A stretch of 64,000 nt of DNA from a virus. Positions 38,571 to 48,410 of this stretch are shown piece after piece. Every line of letters starts with the position of its first letter. Within the stretch, counting starts at the first letter, position 1. The DNA is taken from IMG/VR virus record IMGVR_UViG_3300037189_023236. One strand, 5' to 3'. The notes beneath the pieces were generated by a model that did not search any database, was not told the origin of the DNA, and worked only from the letters and a program-made list of their open reading frames with translations. Position numbers and translations under genes: made by a program.

Positions 38571-38945
38571 CTAGTAGTAACGAACGCACGCGTACCAGCC
38601 ATTTTGTCCGCGGGCCACGCCGATATCCCTCGGCTTGCGCTGGCCCCAGAAGCAGCACCGACGGATTGCGTCGTCGGCGCTTGCGGAGCTGTAACCAACG
38701 CCCTCATAGCCCGAATTTCCGCCAAAATGCCGACACGAGTTTGACCGTGCCTGCAGTTCAGCAACTCCTTGTGCAGAATTTGTATCTGCCGTTCCGCGCG
38801 TCGGCTCGTACGACATATACGCTTCTACCGGCTGCTTTACCGCCGGCGCGGGTCGCGAATACGTGTGGTTACGCCGCGGCCAAGCAAAAGCCGGCGACGC
38901 ACAGAGCAGCATAGCGATCAGAGCAGAAAAAACAACCTTGCACAT
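38571..38945 (-). CDS. secreted Cys-rich protein (CAP-like, planctomycete-type)
   Basis: Signal peptide (ending SPAFA), H.GG..GYEGVG, CCFWG, GVARG..GWYAC. Confidence 0.6.
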   Translation of the reverse strand: MCKVVFSALIAMLLCASPAFAWPRRNHTYSRPAPAVKQPVEAYMSYEPTRGTADTNSAQGVAELQARSNSCRHFGGNSGYEGVGYSSASADDAIRRCCFWGQRKPRDIGVARGQNGWYACVRYY

Positions 38946-38976
38946 GAGAACCTCCGTGAGAAAAAACCATCCGTGA

Positions 38977-39345
38977 CTACCGACGTTTTGCCGGTTTGCT
39001 TTCTAATTCTTTTGCGAGATCTTTACCTCGCCCGAGCATCCACGATTCTGGCTCAATTTTGCGTAGCCAGTCGGCGACAGTCGGAATATGCCCGAGATCT
39101 TCTTGCACATGCTGTTCGCCGATGTACCGCACCGGGACAACGCGACCATCAGAGTTTGTGATCGTGACGCCAAACACGCGCTCAGCCTCGAATATGCCTT
39201 CAGAGTGATGCCGGAGCGCGCGATGTCGGAAATCGGCCATATGGGCTTTGGACGCGTCAAACCAGTTGTGGATGGGCTGGTAATCATCGACGCATCCGCC
39301 CCACTTTTTTACAGAAGAGAGCGCGTGATGATATGGGTGCGCCAT
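38977..39345 (-). CDS. DUF6915-like protein
   Basis: HPYHHALSS.KKWGG, HNWFD.SK, RHRALRHH, EQHVQED, DWL. Confidence 0.75.
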   Translation of the reverse strand: MAHPYHHALSSVKKWGGCVDDYQPIHNWFDASKAHMADFRHRALRHHSEGIFEAERVFGVTITNSDGRVVPVRYIGEQHVQEDLGHIPTVADWLRKIEPESWMLGRGKDLAKELESKPAKRR

Positions 39346-39351
39346 ACCGCA

Positions 39352-39867
39352 CTACAGATCAAATGTCTTTTTATGCGAGTCGTACTCAATTAGGCGCTCG
39401 TTATGTTCGCGCTCTAGTTTGTTTGTATTGAGCGTAAGCGTCAGCGTGCCCATGCTGCCCTCATTGATTTCGAAGCCGCTAGGTATAAACTCCCAAAACA
39501 GCTGCTCTATTTTTTCTCTCCAGTTTTTAACGCTTTTTGGCCACGGCATGTAATTGCCATTTACATCGGATGCAAACACATTGTCCATGTCGCCCGAATC
39601 GCCTTCGCCGTTATATGACGCGTGCACTTTGTAAATACCAGCGCCAAACAACTCCGGACAAATTGCGGCCAAAGCTTTCTTCGCAGCTTCACGCGAGGCC
39701 TTTGAATCTCTTCCTGGGTCGCGCCGGAGCTTTTCAAATAACTCAAATACGGCTGTAAATGTGTCAGTTACAAGCACGCGGGCTGTAGTTCCGCCGGGTG
39801 CGCACTTCACAACTGTGATTTTTGTTGGTTTTGTTCGCGTTGCTTTTTTTGCGGTTTTCTTAGGCAT
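39352..39867 (-). CDS. DUF6878-like protein
   Basis: YNGEGDSG...GFEINEGSMG. Confidence 0.6.
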   Translation of the reverse strand: MPKKTAKKATRTKPTKITVVKCAPGGTTARVLVTDTFTAVFELFEKLRRDPGRDSKASREAAKKALAAICPELFGAGIYKVHASYNGEGDSGDMDNVFASDVNGNYMPWPKSVKNWREKIEQLFWEFIPSGFEINEGSMGTLTLTLNTNKLEREHNERLIEYDSHKKTFDL

Positions 39868-39882
39868 GGATTGTGGTTTCCT

Positions 39883-40425
39883 TTAATAAGACGCGTAAAC
39901 TTTACACGGCCTTCCGAGCTCTTTTTCTTTACGTTCCGCCAGCTCGACAAAATCGCGAAACGATTGAATTACAGCTTCGACGTGTTCAGCGCCAGCTTCC
40001 GGATAAACGCGTTGGTACTGTTCACGTACCGCTTCTTCTACGCTCATGTCGGGCGTCACGCGATCCGGCATAATAATGGCATCGCGGTTTTCATTAATAA
40101 TGCGTTCAAAATCTTCTGGACCTGCAATTTTGTGATCATGCACTGCTTGCGCCATGAACATTGCGATCGCGTGTCCGCCGTTACAGCCTGTAGCCGCCTG
40201 CGACTTTTCTGTTAGTCGGGCGCGCATTTTGGCCGCAGGAATTCTCGCAATACAAGTCCGCGATTCGAACGCTTCTCGTACAAGAATTTGAGTGGCGTAC
40301 GGCCCGCCGCGGTACGACTCGCGTAGATAACCTAAATGCCCGTCTGTTGTAGAAAACATTTCAATTTTGTCGTCTTTCGGCCTGTTCTCCATCCCGTCCC
40401 ATTTCAGAAAAATGTCGATTCCCAC
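39883..40425 (-). CDS. phage hypothetical protein
   Basis: MGIDIFL, GYLRESY.G, ASY C-terminus. Confidence 0.65.
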   Translation of the reverse strand: MGIDIFLKWDGMENRPKDDKIEMFSTTDGHLGYLRESYRGGPYATQILVREAFESRTCIARIPAAKMRARLTEKSQAATGCNGGHAIAMFMAQAVHDHKIAGPEDFERIINENRDAIIMPDRVTPDMSVEEAVREQYQRVYPEAGAEHVEAVIQSFRDFVELAERKEKELGRPCKVYASY

Positions 40426-40452
40426 GGCGCACCTGGTGTTAAAGTGAAAATA

Positions 40453-40481
40453 GGGGCGCCGAATACGATATTCGGCGCCCC
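40453..40481 (-). terminator. intrinsic terminator
   Basis: GGGGCGCCGAATA/TATTCGGCGCCCC stem, then TATTTTCACTTT. Confidence 0.75.
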
Positions 40482-40512
40482 AAACAGCATTAGACGGCGT
40501 TACGCCGCGATA

Positions 40513-40827
40513 TCAGCGGACAGGCCGGAGCACTGTCCGGCTGTTCTTCCGCACCACCGTGCCGCCAAAAAGACGGTTACGGCACGACTCCGAATTTCGC
40601 TCTTCCACGCTGTAGAGCCGCGTACCGCACTGCCCGTTTGCGCAGGCACTGCGATGACACCGCCCGCCGTAGCACGGAGCCGTCTCGACGATAACCGCCG
40701 GAGTTGTGGTAGCCGCAACAACCTGCGGCTGCACCAGCACACTCTGCGTACCATCAGCCGCAATTTCTCCGCCAAACGTAGTGGCAGCAATCAGAGACAC
40801 AACCGCGAACGTGAAACACGTCTTCAT
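40513..40827 (-). CDS. secreted Cys/Arg-rich small protein (planctomycete-type)
   Basis: Signal peptide MKTCFTFAVVSLIAA; CYGGRC, CANGQC, basic C-terminus. Confidence 0.6.
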   Translation of the reverse strand: MKTCFTFAVVSLIAATTFGGEIAADGTQSVLVQPQVVAATTTPAVIVETAPCYGGRCHRSACANGQCGTRLYSVEERNSESCRNRLFGGTVVRKNSRTVLRPVR

Positions 40828-40895
40828 GAGTAAGCCCTCAAAACTACGAAACAAACGCAAACACTTCCGTATGATTGCGTAACCTAACCATTGCG

Positions 40896-41288
40896 CTAAC
40901 TATTTTTCTGCTGAATGAACGCTGTGCAGAATTCGAAAGTACCGCGCAGTTCTTCATCGTAAGCTGGTCGCCCCCACTCGCGCTTATACACGCGCTCTAT
41001 CTTTTGGCGGGCAACTTCAAGTGATTGCTTATGAATTAGATCCAGCGCGTTAGGCTCGACTGGCTCTCCTAGAAAAGCTGCTCGAGCTGCATTCTTATAC
41101 TCTGCATCAGTGAATCGATCAAGCATCGTACTGACAACTTTGTCGAGAATGTCGGCAGTCTCGTCGCCGTTGTAGTGATTTTCTGCAGAATGCATCCCGG
41201 GGATGTGATTCTCCAGCACAGCGCCGTCAGCGCCGCGAGATGTCCAATCTACCTGTCCGGACGGACCGTCAATACGCCACCAACCCAT
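40896..41288 (-). CDS. hypothetical protein
   Basis: 130 aa, GAGG RBS. Confidence 0.6.
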   Translation of the reverse strand: MGWWRIDGPSGQVDWTSRGADGAVLENHIPGMHSAENHYNGDETADILDKVVSTMLDRFTDAEYKNAARAAFLGEPVEPNALDLIHKQSLEVARQKIERVYKREWGRPAYDEELRGTFEFCTAFIQQKNS

Positions 41289-41380
41289 GGTAACCTCAAC
41301 TGTAAAGTGTGTAACTAGTTGCCGTCATTTGCCCAGCTACCCAGGAGTCTCCAAACTCCTGGGTAGCTTTTGTACTTAGT

Positions 41381-44300
41381 TCAATCCGTCGACACGTCGA
41401 CAAGCGTCTTTTCTTTCTGGAGTGCATTTCGCAAGAACCGCGTGATTTGCGGCAAGCACTGCGAAACTTGTGCCAAGAAAAGAACGTTGTTTTTGCCGTA
41501 TTGTCCCTCAAATGTCGAACGATCTGACAATGAGACGCCTACAGCAAACGCGTACGTCGGAATTTTCAAACGAGTACGTACAAATGAACAAACACTCGCT
41601 ACATGCTTTTCAGCTTCATCACCGCAATATCCGTTGCCGTGTGGCAGTCCGTCAGCAATAACGAAAAGATACTTTCGCTTTGCCGGATCTTGATTCAGCA
41701 ATTTAGCCGTTTCTTTGATAGCGTATCCGTCGTAATTATTCGAATACGCGCGTATATGGCCGAGCGCGCCGAGATCGGCGTTCTCTGCGCTGCTGGTGGA
41801 GCTGTAATGCTCGAACAGCGTTAGATCAGATCTACCGTTTTGATTAGCTGTGTGGCCGTAAATGTGCAAATGCACGCCGGCAACTTTGCGCACAGCTTCG
41901 CTTAGGATAATACACATTTCGCGCGCCTGCTCAATCTTGCGCGCAGAAGACATACTGCCAGATTGGTCGACCAGTATGCCCACTGCTACGTCGGGCAGTT
42001 TTGATATTGTTTTCTGCGCCCATATGTACTCAGAGTCATATCTGAGTTTGTGCAGGCTGCCTTCATCAAGATCGCCAGACCGCATGCCGTAAATTTCGCC
42101 GACGCGCTTTGTGTCTTGAAACTGCAGCGCCTCTCGGATCTTTGTAACGGCAGCGCGGTTACGCGCTATAGTTTGCCTGACGATCACTTGGCCACTGGAG
42201 ATTTCGGCCTTTTTCGCCTTTTTGACTTTAACAACTGGCTTAGCGTCGTCATGGTTTAGATACGCAACATAATCTTCTTCTGCTGCGTTTTTAGCCTCGT
42301 CATTTATTTGATTTACGTCACTGTCGTCTAGCAACTTTGTGACTTTTTCGACAGTTTCGCCGAATAGCGCATCGTCAATTGGGCTGATTGATTTTGCTTT
42401 TGGCGCTAACTCTTCTCTAAGTAAGGCGCCAAGTTCGTTAGCCATTTCAGATGTCCGCCCGTGGCTGGCGTCATTGTGAACATTCTGCAGCAAGGCGAGC
42501 AGATCTTTTGTAGACATGCCCAAACTTTCTGCCGCGCTTGTTAGCTTATCTAGCGTATCTGCTGGCACATTTCGCAGACTTTTCGGGATATCTAACACGC
42601 CGTCGTTGTTGCGAAACGCCTCGATTAAATTCTCAAATAGCTTCTTGTTAGCTTCTTTGACGGCATTTGCAGTAAAGTCTCCTGCGTTAATATCGTCATC
42701 AGCGCCGATGCTATTCAAGAAATTTTCAATAGCTTGCTCGTGCCAACTATTTGCTGGCGGAGCATCCGCAGGATCGGCCGCCGAGGCCGCGCTATGGTGC
42801 TCGTAGCCTGCCTGCGCAAACCGCTGTGTGGCAAACCCACCGGCCCACCGAGCATTATTGATGGCGTCGCCAGCGTTCAAATCATGCCGCGTGATGCTGC
42901 TCATAGCAGTAAGCAGGCTTTTAATTTCTGACGGCTTTTTACTGCCGTCAATGCAGCTACGAGCATTTTCTACAACTGCATTGCCGTTCGTGAGTTTCGA
43001 CCGCTGCTCGTTAATGCTTGCACGCGCAGTATCCATTAGCGCAGCAGGTCCGGCTGCGCTTTTGAATTCCTTTTTTGTTTTGTTGAGGTCTTTGCGCAGC
43101 TTTTCAATTACTGCCGCTTGCGCCTCAACGTTATCAAGACTTGATTGGATTTTTTCAAGTAGAGCATTAGCGCGCGCAGTTGCGTTTGCTTTGATTTCAG
43201 CCATTTTCTCGTTTAAGCTCTGCATAATTTGCGCGGACAGGCTTTTTAACGCTTCGGCCTGTTTTGCGGCTTGTTCGGACACGGGGCCGACAAAATTTGC
43301 AGGATTTGTAGCGGGAGCAAAATCAATACCGCGCTTAATTAGCTGTTCCACGTTTGCGGCAAAATGCGCCGTATTAACAGCAATATTTCCGCGCAGCTCC
43401 GCGACTTTTTGCTGGGCCTGCGCTTCCGAAGCCGGAGACAGTTTGGATGCGGCAAAAAGCGAGTTTGCCGCTGTCGCTAAATTGTCAGCCAGTTTCTCAT
43501 CATAAAACAGCGATAGCATATCTGCGTCGCATGTTTCTCCAGATTTGCGTATTTCATCGGCAATGCGGCGCGCGTCCGGAGATTCTTGTTCAACGCGACT
43601 CATAGCCTCAAATTCATCAATTGCATTGGCCACGCGTTGCATATGATTACGCATGGCGTCGCGTTCTTTCATATTTCTTTCTGCTTCCTCGGCGTGCTCG
43701 TCGATGATCTTTTGCAGACCACCAGCCAACGCCGCCTCAAGCGAATCTTTTGGAAGCTCGCCGCCCAGACTGGCGACATAAGCTCTCAGATCGTGCATCA
43801 AGGTTTTGCACGCAGGCAAAATCTGCTCAACGGGCAACTGCGCGCCGAGATGCTTGTTTACAATTTCGGCAACCGCGGGATCCAATGTGATCTCGTCCTC
43901 CGCTGCAGCCATGTTATACGCAATTTTTGCCGCTAAAATTTCTGCCGATACGTCGGTGTCTTTAAGCAGCGCGTCTTTTGTTGTAATAAATTTCTTTGCG
44001 TGCCGCACGAAGTATGGAGCAAACCCGCCCCAATCTTCTACAACAGCGCGCCGGCTCAGCCGCATCAGCATGCTCTTGGCAAGCACGCCCGCCGAATAAT
44101 CGTTGACGACTGCGGCGGCAATATCAGCGGCATTTGCCGTTGCAATATCGGCTTTAAGTTCTTTTGCAATTTTTAGCGCCATGCCGCGCATTGACGTTTC
44201 ATTGACGTCGCGAATAACGTTTGATGAAACAGATTGCGCTAGTTGCACGCGCAGCAGCACAAAGCCGGTCAGCGCGTCAACTGCCTCGTCCTCGTCCGCC

Positions 44301-44821
44301 GCAGCGGTGGCGTTGCAGATAGCATCCGGCGAGACATAAATTGTCTGCTGTTTGCCGGAAGCTAGTTCTGAACTCACACCATTGCTATCAGCGCCGGAAC
44401 TAAATTGCACGTCATACGAAATTTTTGCCGCGGCGTTCGCCACGGTATTTGCATTTCGTTTGAGCGTGCGCAAAGCCCGGATAGCTTTGTTTTTGGTATC
44501 GCTGCTTTGATTTTGATATGTCCAAGTAGGCGATAAAAACGAGCTGCGGAATAGGCTGCTCGGCGAATAGTCGCGATACGAGCTGTATCGAAAACTGCTT
44601 TGCCGATACCAAGCTTCGTCCGAGTCGTCAAAAGCGCTACGGTATGAATACGAATCAGCCGAGCCGCGCGAATCCCGGCGTGACCCGGTATCGCTGTATC
44701 GGTCTTCTTCAAATTCAGCCCACCAGCTTAATTTGCTGTGCTCGGACGATTTTTTGCGTGCGCCGGACTTTTTGTCGTCGTCCGGCTGTTCGTCAAAAAT
44801 TGTTGGTTCTTCCCAACCCAT
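41381..44821 (-). CDS. large vWA-domain protein (MoxR/CobT-type partner)
   Basis: SGDLD, MIDAS LVDQSGSM, NYDG, VIADG.P; long helical centre. Confidence 0.85.
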   Translation of the reverse strand: MGWEEPTIFDEQPDDDKKSGARKKSSEHSKLSWWAEFEEDRYSDTGSRRDSRGSADSYSYRSAFDDSDEAWYRQSSFRYSSYRDYSPSSLFRSSFLSPTWTYQNQSSDTKNKAIRALRTLKRNANTVANAAAKISYDVQFSSGADSNGVSSELASGKQQTIYVSPDAICNATAAADEDEAVDALTGFVLLRVQLAQSVSSNVIRDVNETSMRGMALKIAKELKADIATANAADIAAAVVNDYSAGVLAKSMLMRLSRRAVVEDWGGFAPYFVRHAKKFITTKDALLKDTDVSAEILAAKIAYNMAAAEDEITLDPAVAEIVNKHLGAQLPVEQILPACKTLMHDLRAYVASLGGELPKDSLEAALAGGLQKIIDEHAEEAERNMKERDAMRNHMQRVANAIDEFEAMSRVEQESPDARRIADEIRKSGETCDADMLSLFYDEKLADNLATAANSLFAASKLSPASEAQAQQKVAELRGNIAVNTAHFAANVEQLIKRGIDFAPATNPANFVGPVSEQAAKQAEALKSLSAQIMQSLNEKMAEIKANATARANALLEKIQSSLDNVEAQAAVIEKLRKDLNKTKKEFKSAAGPAALMDTARASINEQRSKLTNGNAVVENARSCIDGSKKPSEIKSLLTAMSSITRHDLNAGDAINNARWAGGFATQRFAQAGYEHHSAASAADPADAPPANSWHEQAIENFLNSIGADDDINAGDFTANAVKEANKKLFENLIEAFRNNDGVLDIPKSLRNVPADTLDKLTSAAESLGMSTKDLLALLQNVHNDASHGRTSEMANELGALLREELAPKAKSISPIDDALFGETVEKVTKLLDDSDVNQINDEAKNAAEEDYVAYLNHDDAKPVVKVKKAKKAEISSGQVIVRQTIARNRAAVTKIREALQFQDTKRVGEIYGMRSGDLDEGSLHKLRYDSEYIWAQKTISKLPDVAVGILVDQSGSMSSARKIEQAREMCIILSEAVRKVAGVHLHIYGHTANQNGRSDLTLFEHYSSTSSAENADLGALGHIRAYSNNYDGYAIKETAKLLNQDPAKRKYLFVIADGLPHGNGYCGDEAEKHVASVCSFVRTRLKIPTYAFAVGVSLSDRSTFEGQYGKNNVLFLAQVSQCLPQITRFLRNALQKEKTLVDVSTD

Positions 44822-44824
44822 TAG

Positions 44825-46360
44825 TTACGCCCCTTTCGTTGCGGCAGCCGCTTTGGCCGCCAACATGTCACCAAATTTGCCCTGGATGATATTTTGAACG
44901 CGGACGCGCTCGCTATCGTCATCGCCGTCGGCTGAGAAATGATTGCTGATTGTAAACGTCAGCGTGTCGACGCCGCCGATAGCAAAGTCGTGCGCAGCAG
45001 CGATAAGCTGACGCGTTGACAAACTTTCGGTGAGCGTAGCCGAGAGTCCCGTGGAGTCCTGGCGAATCTTATTAGCCATACCGACAAGTCGGGTGGCGAT
45101 ATCGTCGCTGACACCAACGCGCCGGGTCAGCAGTTTAATCTCGTCTTTTTCGCCGAGGTACGACATCTCGATGACGCGCGGAAAGCGGTCACGGATGGCG
45201 CGGTCGAGCGATGACGTACCGGTATAACCAGCGCCTTCGTTCATAGACGCGAAGAACACCGTACCCGGGCCAACACAGATCTTGTCGCCCTTCTCCTCGA
45301 GATACGTGAATCGACGCGCGTCGAGCAGCGGCATCAGCGTGTTGAGCAGATGCGGATTTGCGCGATTGAGCTCGTCGAGAAGGATAACGTGATTTCCGGC
45401 AGTAACAGCGCGGACAAACTGGCTTTCGTGCCAGTAAACCGTGCCGTCTTTTGCGCCCTTGTAGCCAAACCAGTCGCGGGCCTCGCGAAGGTTGGCGCAG
45501 TCCATAATAAGCAGTGGCAGCTTGAGCCGCGCGGCAAACTGAATAGCCAGTTCGGTCTTACCGCAGCCGTGAGGGCCGAGCAGTCGAACGTTTTGCGGGC
45601 AGTTACGCCGCGAGATTTGCAGAATCTTGAACAGCTGTGCAACCTGCTCATTGATAATGTAGGTATCATCCGGGCTAGGGATAAATACGCCGTTTGCAAT
45701 CGCCTCTTCGCGATCGTGCTCTGCCGCGATTTTCAACTCTGGCGTATCGCCCGACATTTTCCCAAAACCAAAACTTACAGTCGTAGCAGTCATTTGTTCT
45801 GCTTTTTCTGCCTTTTCGTCAAGAGTTTCTTCGTCAATTTTGCTTACTACTGGCTCGCCGGCGCGATCAAGCGTCGCGGCGTCATGCCACCACCCTATAC
45901 CGTCAGGTTTGCCGGCGAGCAGCCAGTTCAGAATACGGCGATTTCGGTTGATGATTTCAGCCATTTCGCCGTAATTGTTGGAATATATTGCGTGCTTTAG
46001 CCCGTCAGCTACCGCTGAAATAGCGCGCGATTCGTTTGCCAGCAGCGGATCTGTGAAAGTGCTCGGCAAATCAGTAATCATCCGAACAATCGCGGTGCTC
46101 AGACACATTACGCCGTCGTAGTCGGGCAGCACGTCGCCGATTGTTTTGATGTTCCCGGCCGCGATCTCCGACTTTAGCCGTGTTGGATTTTTCGGATTGT
46201 GCGCCGCAAAAGTCTCAGCCGACACGACGGCGAAATAAAAACCTAGCGGGCCGACTTCGATTTCGTCGTGATTTTTTGGAGGCCTGCCGCGCGACGCTGG
46301 CATGACGGCAATAGGCGTGTGCTGCTTAGTAACCGCGTCAAACGATGTGTAGAGGTACAT
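44825..46360 (-). CDS. MoxR/CbbQ/CobS-type AAA+ ATPase
   Basis: GPHGCGKT, LLDELNRA, ASMN, LDRAIRDRF, STRQL. Confidence 0.9.
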   Translation of the reverse strand: MYLYTSFDAVTKQHTPIAVMPASRGRPPKNHDEIEVGPLGFYFAVVSAETFAAHNPKNPTRLKSEIAAGNIKTIGDVLPDYDGVMCLSTAIVRMITDLPSTFTDPLLANESRAISAVADGLKHAIYSNNYGEMAEIINRNRRILNWLLAGKPDGIGWWHDAATLDRAGEPVVSKIDEETLDEKAEKAEQMTATTVSFGFGKMSGDTPELKIAAEHDREEAIANGVFIPSPDDTYIINEQVAQLFKILQISRRNCPQNVRLLGPHGCGKTELAIQFAARLKLPLLIMDCANLREARDWFGYKGAKDGTVYWHESQFVRAVTAGNHVILLDELNRANPHLLNTLMPLLDARRFTYLEEKGDKICVGPGTVFFASMNEGAGYTGTSSLDRAIRDRFPRVIEMSYLGEKDEIKLLTRRVGVSDDIATRLVGMANKIRQDSTGLSATLTESLSTRQLIAAAHDFAIGGVDTLTFTISNHFSADGDDDSERVRVQNIIQGKFGDMLAAKAAAATKGA

Positions 46361-46411
46361 GAAAGCCTTTCAAGTGATGGGCGTGCATATCTGTATTAAT
46401 CTAAAAAAGAA

Positions 46412-46455
46412 CCCCGGCGCAGATTGCTTGCCAAAAAGCAAGGTCTGCGCCGGGG
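46412..46455 (-). terminator. intrinsic terminator
   Basis: CCCCGGCGCAGA/TCTGCGCCGGGG stem, then TTCTTTTTT. Confidence 0.8.
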
Positions 46456-46482
46456 CTTGGAGAATTTAGGCAATTTGCGCAA

Positions 46483-47238
46483 CTAACTGCGCTGGATTAC
46501 CCGATGGCACATATCGAGCACGGCCTTGGCGCGCTCGTATCCGCCGGCTGCGTGCATGAAATCCGCCGCGTTTTCTAGCAGCTCGGACGTGTGCGAGAGC
46601 TCGCCGGCTGCCGAGTCGTCGCTGCTGCTGTCAATTGCCGCACGGGTCTTTAGCGCAGGCCGGCTTTTTGTCGGTTCCTCGTCGTTTGCTTCGGCAGCTA
46701 CTGGCGTCTTAGCTTTTGCGCCGGCGCCTTTTCTCAGCGCAGGCACGCCCATAGCACGAAGCGTAATCGAGACCTGCGACGCATTCACCTCAATGCCCTT
46801 TTTTTCCAGAGCCTCGATGATGTCTTTCGGCCGCAAATCTTTGCCAGCAGCTTGCCTGGCGGCAATCACTTCGCGAATAGAATCAGCTTTTGTTTTTCCA
46901 CCAGCTTTGGCTTTAGCCATTTTCTTACCCTTTGAATGGGCAGCCTCTGGCAACGACTCGCTCGAATCGTCTGCATCGGCTGCAGGCAACGTTGCAGTTA
47001 CTGTGACGCTTTCGTCGGCTTCGTTGCCGACATCGGCGTTTTCGTCGTCAGATGCATCTTCGGCATCTTCTTCTTCGTCTTCTTCATCTTCGTCTTCTTC
47101 ATCTTCGTCGTCTTCGTCGGCGGCGGTATTAATGGTCGCTCGCGCGGCTTTTTGCAGAAACTTTTCGCAGTCAGCTTCGCTGTCTGCGTCGTCTTCCCAG
47201 CAACTTTCAGCGCCAGTTAGATTCGTCTGCCTAACCAT
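46483..47238 (-). CDS. acidic N-terminal tract plus putative DNA-binding domain (planctomycete-type)
   Basis: Poly-D/E tract, then TKADSIREVI...PKDIIEALEKKGIEVNASQVS...F..AAGG...A; GGAGG RBS. Confidence 0.6.
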   Translation of the reverse strand: MVRQTNLTGAESCWEDDADSEADCEKFLQKAARATINTAADEDDEDEEDEDEEDEEEDAEDASDDENADVGNEADESVTVTATLPAADADDSSESLPEAAHSKGKKMAKAKAGGKTKADSIREVIAARQAAGKDLRPKDIIEALEKKGIEVNASQVSITLRAMGVPALRKGAGAKAKTPVAAEANDEEPTKSRPALKTRAAIDSSSDDSAAGELSHTSELLENAADFMHAAGGYERAKAVLDMCHRVIQRS

Positions 47239-47293
47239 GTGGCCTCCTTCAAAAATGCAGTCTGCCTAGCGGCAGAACACTGATGGTTAACGC

Positions 47294-47322
47294 ACCATAC
47301 ACGGTGCGCAGGCGAATTTCAA
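47294..47322 (-). promoter_or_regulatory. putative sigma70 promoter
   Basis: TTGAAA-N17-TATGGT upstream of the 47238 start. Confidence 0.4.
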
Positions 47323-47369
47323 CTGCCTGCTAAGATTTTTACGCAATCGTTGTTTTGCGGCTGTTTTGC

Positions 47370-47660
47370 CTAAGTTTCCGCGGATATTGCCGCAGTCTCG
47401 GGCTCAAACGCGAAATACAGCCGGGGTGCGTCCACATACGCGACAGTTCCGCGGATACCGTCTGATTTGCGTATGACGCGCAAAACAAGCTCATCAAAAA
47501 TAGAAACCGCGAATTCAGATAGCAGTTCTTCCGCATTCCATACAGCGCCGTACTTGGTTTGCAAGTCTTGTCGCACTTCGTCTTCAGGCAGGTTAGCGTA
47601 ATAGTCGCGCAACCGTGCAGCTAACAGTTGGTCGTCTTTCGACGTGGCCGCGATCGTCAT
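47370..47660 (-). CDS. phage hypothetical protein
   Basis: YG.VW...EL...F.V..F....V.RKSDG.RG....PR.YF. Confidence 0.65.
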   Translation of the reverse strand: MTIAATSKDDQLLAARLRDYYANLPEDEVRQDLQTKYGAVWNAEELLSEFAVSIFDELVLRVIRKSDGIRGTVAYVDAPRLYFAFEPETAAISAET

Positions 47661-48079
47661 TTATCCTCCTTTGTTGCGGCATTCACTTGTTGAATTTTTT
47701 GATTTAGATCCTGTAGCTCTGCTGTTTTAGCGTGCAGCTCTACAACTAGTTCGCCGGCCATTTTGTCGAAAGCCGTTAATTGCGCTACCATGTCTTTGTG
47801 CACGTCTACGCCAAACGCCGTAAGCTGTCCCAGCATTTGCAGCAAACCCGCTAAATACGGCGGTGTTTCATTTCGTAAACGGATTAACCCAGTCGGCACA
47901 TTAGCTAGGCTTGGCGCCCACAACGGAATAAACGCAACAGCCTGCAGTTCCGGCACTTCGCGAATGAGGTTTTCAGCAAACTCGTTCGCTGCTTTGAAGA
48001 CCTTTATGTCGCAGGGCAGCTCCTCTGTTTCAATCTTCGCTGCCGAGACTGTCGTTTCCGAATTCGACTGGTCTGTCAT
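47657..48079 (-). CDS. hypothetical protein
   Basis: 140 aa, ATGA overlap. Confidence 0.6.
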   Translation of the reverse strand: MTDQSNSETTVSAAKIETEELPCDIKVFKAANEFAENLIREVPELQAVAFIPLWAPSLANVPTGLIRLRNETPPYLAGLLQMLGQLTAFGVDVHKDMVAQLTAFDKMAGELVVELHAKTAELQDLNQKIQQVNAATKEDK

Positions 48080-48410
48080 AACGCATCCCTATTGGAAGTA
48101 TGCCGTCAATAATATTTGACAGCCTTGTCGCGGCTAGTCCGTAAACGACTACGCGCGCGATTACAGATACAATACTCCCAAACCAATCAGCCGACAAGAG
48201 GATTGCGTATAAGTAAATCGGAACATGGTAGCTTTTGCAAAACGGGCAATTAAGCAGTTCTGTCCACAGCCAGGTAATAGACCCAGCTCGCGCGACATCG
48301 TTTTTTGCCTGGGCATACGCGCGCCATACCGCGAATATACTGCCGTTGTGCCAGACGTCAATAATCGCGCCCGTGGCCAGCGTTATTGCGACAAAATCAA
48401 ATGCGTTCAT
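48030..48410 (-). CDS. membrane protein, DUF1360-like
   Basis: Hydrophobic helices and ELLNCPFC.S motif. Confidence 0.55.
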   Translation of the reverse strand: MNAFDFVAITLATGAIIDVWHNGSIFAVWRAYAQAKNDVARAGSITWLWTELLNCPFCKSYHVPIYLYAILLSADWFGSIVSVIARVVVYGLAATRLSNIIDGILPIGMRYDRPVEFGNDSLGSED

